A DNA stretch of 56,391 nt from Tubiluchus corallicola. Its lineage: Eukaryota > Animalia > Priapulida. The notes beneath the pieces were generated by a model. The model worked only from the letters and a program-made list of their open reading frames with translations, was not told where the DNA came from and did no database searches. Below, piece by piece: positions 53,386 through 56,391 of this stretch. Both the position numbers and the translations under genes were made by a program. Position 1 is the first letter of the stretch, and every line of letters begins with the position of its first letter. The stretch covers positions 1-56,391 of the forward strand of contig JAQGDQ010000255.1 of assembly GCA_030141605.1 (NCBI GenBank), written 5' to 3'.

Positions 53386-54399
53386 GTGTGTGAGCTTGGC
53401 TCACCAACAAAAACAAGTCATCAACTACCGGCATCAACTAATGCATTCTAGTAACTATACTAATGTAAAAATTAATCATGCAATTTTTTACTCATTGTGT
53501 AGCAGTTGTATTTATAGTTTTATTTTTGTTCTAAATTTTGTATTGAATATATATTTTTGTAATGTGTTGCATGTATGTGTATATATGTGGGTTATCTGAT
53601 AAAATCAAACAACTGATGAAAATGAAGTTACTCCTGTGTACAACAATCTACTGCCTGTCTTACTAGATACTTTACATTTTAACTAGCTGCTTGGCCTTAG
53701 TTTTATGACTTTCACTTTAAAACTGACGTGTTTTCATAATCTTAATTGAGTAATTCTAACAGGGTTATTCCAAAAGTGGTTAATGTCTTAGTTTACAGGA
53801 TAAGATACATATTCACAATTATACGATAGTAAAAATATATAAGGTAAGATTAGGTAATAGAATGTTCTCATTTTCTATGAGGGTCATCAATTTGATTTCG
53901 TTGAATTTGCATCGACTGATTAACTAAGTTTTACCCTTCCTAATGTAGTAACTTATTTAAGTCACTGGTCAAACATGATCCAAGTGTCTATGGTTAGCGA
54001 TCTATTGTAAACTGAAATCTTTCAGTTTAACTTATTGAGACCTTTCACGTGAGTTATACAGGAATATCAGTCTTCTCTCACATGTTTGGTAATCACTGAT
54101 TGATCCTTATAGATCCTTATAATCTTTATTGATCCTGATTAATCACTGATAGATATTATTTTTTATTGCAAATATAGATACTCACCTTCACGTTCACCTG
54201 GGATTTACACTAAGCAATAAGTGTGCAAATGCAGGTAGGGTCTGCACGAGATAACACTAGCGTTTAGCACATTGTGTCCAAAGTTTAGGTAACCAACTGT
54301 GTTTGTTAAAACATCTTATGACAGGTGCTTGTCATTAAATGACAGGTAATTTTTTGGTAAGTTACCATGCACTACGTCTGCTTAAACACCCCCTTAAAT

Positions 54400-54852
54400 C
54401 AGTGGTGTGCAAATTGCAGCCCACAAAGAGATTTGTCAACTTAATGAAAGTGCGGCCGGGCGATAAATTAGGTGTATCCAGCTGAAGTGTGCGCCACGAT
54501 CCCAAGTGCGGGCAGTTTTTTCTACTGGATCGGATGCCATTAACCCTTACAAGACGGTGGTAGCTTAATGTCACTGTACAACACAGACTGTATGATACAC
54601 ATTACTAATATGCATTGTAATGAAGTTACCACTATCTGTCGTGAAAGTAGAAATATATGGTTTGTAATATAAATTTTAATAACTTCTAAAATAGTTTCTA
54701 GAGTGTAGTAGTAATTATATGCGCAGATCGGATGCAAAAAATTGTTATTAGGCCCTTCTGTACTTGGCTCCTTGATCAAACTGTCTGTGGCCAGCAGGAA
54801 TTGCGGGAAAGTTTAATGTGGCCCGGCTAGTCAGATAATTTGCACACCCCTG
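54400..54852. mobile_element. hAT-Charlie-type MITE
   Basis: TIRs CAGTGGTGTGCAAATT / AATTTGCACACCCCTG with GCGGCC/GTGGCC subterminal motifs; TSD decayed. Confidence 0.75.
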
Positions 54853-56391
54853 CGATAAGGGATTCACAACTAATTGGCATATTTCTGGCTTATACAGTGT
54901 TTATGTTAAAAGCCACTAAGAACTTTATGTTGTTTTACATTAGAACTGTAAAAGATGCCGAATGCAAGATCACCAAAGGAGACAAGAACCGCTAAAAAGG
55001 AGGACAACATCAAAAGAGTGAAACAACTGTGAATCGAAATTTTTCATCGCTTGTAGAAAAGTCTAATATATTAAATTCCGTACCTCAGCGCATAGTTGGT
55101 GATTTTTCTGGAAGTGAAGAGGAAGGCGAAGTATCCGACGTAAGTACTTTCGTGTGAATTTATCGATTTTTTTCAATTGCATGGTGCAAACTCTGCTTTT
55201 TTCCCAATGTCTTTTGCTGTCATCCATGTTGATGGCATTGTGTGATTGTATTAAAACCACTTGATCACCATCCTTAGCGGTTTCAACAAATAGTACCGAA
55301 CGTAGTACAGAACAAGAACTTAACATATTTACGGTTATGGATGTAGCTCATTGTGTGATTTCTAGCTAAATTTTAGTTTTCAAATTGAAAGTGGTAAAGC
55401 TGCATAATGTGCAATGTGCGCGATTGGGTACTAATGTTTAGTTGCCAGTTTTACCCACTCTTGTCTTGCACCGAGCAAAGCTGGATTTATTGGTTCGTAG
55501 CATGAAATTTGAGTATCATCATTTACAGTGACGGCTCGTAGCTAAGAATAGTGGAGGTGCTGCTTCAGAAAATTTTTATCATTGTTTTAATATTGTGTTG
55601 AAATTCACTTACAGTCACGGAACTTATTTCTTGGGGATGCAAGCAGCATGCATGATTATGTAATGTAAGCACGTACGTGCATGATTAAATAATTTAAATT
55701 TTCTGTTAAATAAAAGAACTGAAAAAACTATGAATTAAATAAAATAGCTGGAAGCATGATAATCATCTAATTCTACACTTATCACATTCAAGACAGTGGT
55801 ACACGGTTTTTAAGCACAACACACGCCGAGTCAAAAGAAACACTGCTTGTACAACAGGGTCGACACTGCGTCTGTCTCTACCTTGCGTGCAGCTTCTTAT
55901 CCCAGACATGTGCGCATGCGCACAACAGCCAAACACCGTGTTGTTGGAACTGTGAAGCGCACAGTTCCTTCGCATGCTTTGGTTCTGTACAAGGATGTAC
56001 AAGTGTAATGGGAGTTAAAGAAAAATAACTCATTATTTTGAATGTTATCGATAATATCAAATGCAAATAGAGGGTGCTGCAGTTCCACAGTGCCTAGACA
56101 CTAGCCGCCACTGATCAATTAACATATCTTTCTGTAAGTACAGTCTTGTGAAATGGAAGTTCTGAGAACTTCCAGTGCATGGTAAATTCGAGCAGCCTTA
56201 GCAAATATTCACAGAAGGGTTGTTAGTATAATTCACACAACATCTTTTCTGGAACAAGAGCTTATTTTTTACTCATTCAAAAAGGAATTGAAAGAGGAAG
56301 TGCCAGGGTGCCACAGTATCAGTCCTTTCTATTCCAAAGTTTATTCTGCCTGGTGAAGCTTAAGAAAGTCCTGATTTAAGAGGCTTGGATT

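Noticed and set aside
55763-56002. KTVYHCLECDKC resembling a piggyBac cysteine-rich tail
   Set aside because: Cys spacing incomplete; no transposase core or TTAA-CCC termini seen.

Overview
AT-rich, intron-containing animal (invertebrate-type) genomic DNA; no prokaryotic features, CRISPR arrays, rRNA or tRNA genes were seen. Three conserved protein-coding genes can be assembled by hand with GT-AG sites and consistent phases: the last two exons of a sorbitol dehydrogenase (SORD, +, ends 2155); a complete 9-coding-exon DET1 (-, 19377..5150, 1671 nt, 556 aa); and a complete 7-coding-exon LATS/warts Hippo-pathway kinase (+, 31280..45602, 3708 nt, 1235 aa). DET1 and LATS are divergent and SORD and DET1 convergent. 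Introns and intergenic DNA carry many TE relics: a decayed GC-rich Ty3/Gypsy pol fragment, hAT, Kolobok-like and pogo/Tc1-like MITEs, a 2.76-kb TIR element, LINE fragments and a truncated BED-finger ORF. I found no convincing new multi-gene system. The best leads are a TEAD/Scalloped site cluster with a possible Met-only alternative first exon inside the warts intron, a DET1 3' region built from tandem copies of its own coding end, and a uORF-loaded candidate DET1 leader exon. All coordinates were counted by eye and no database searches were run.
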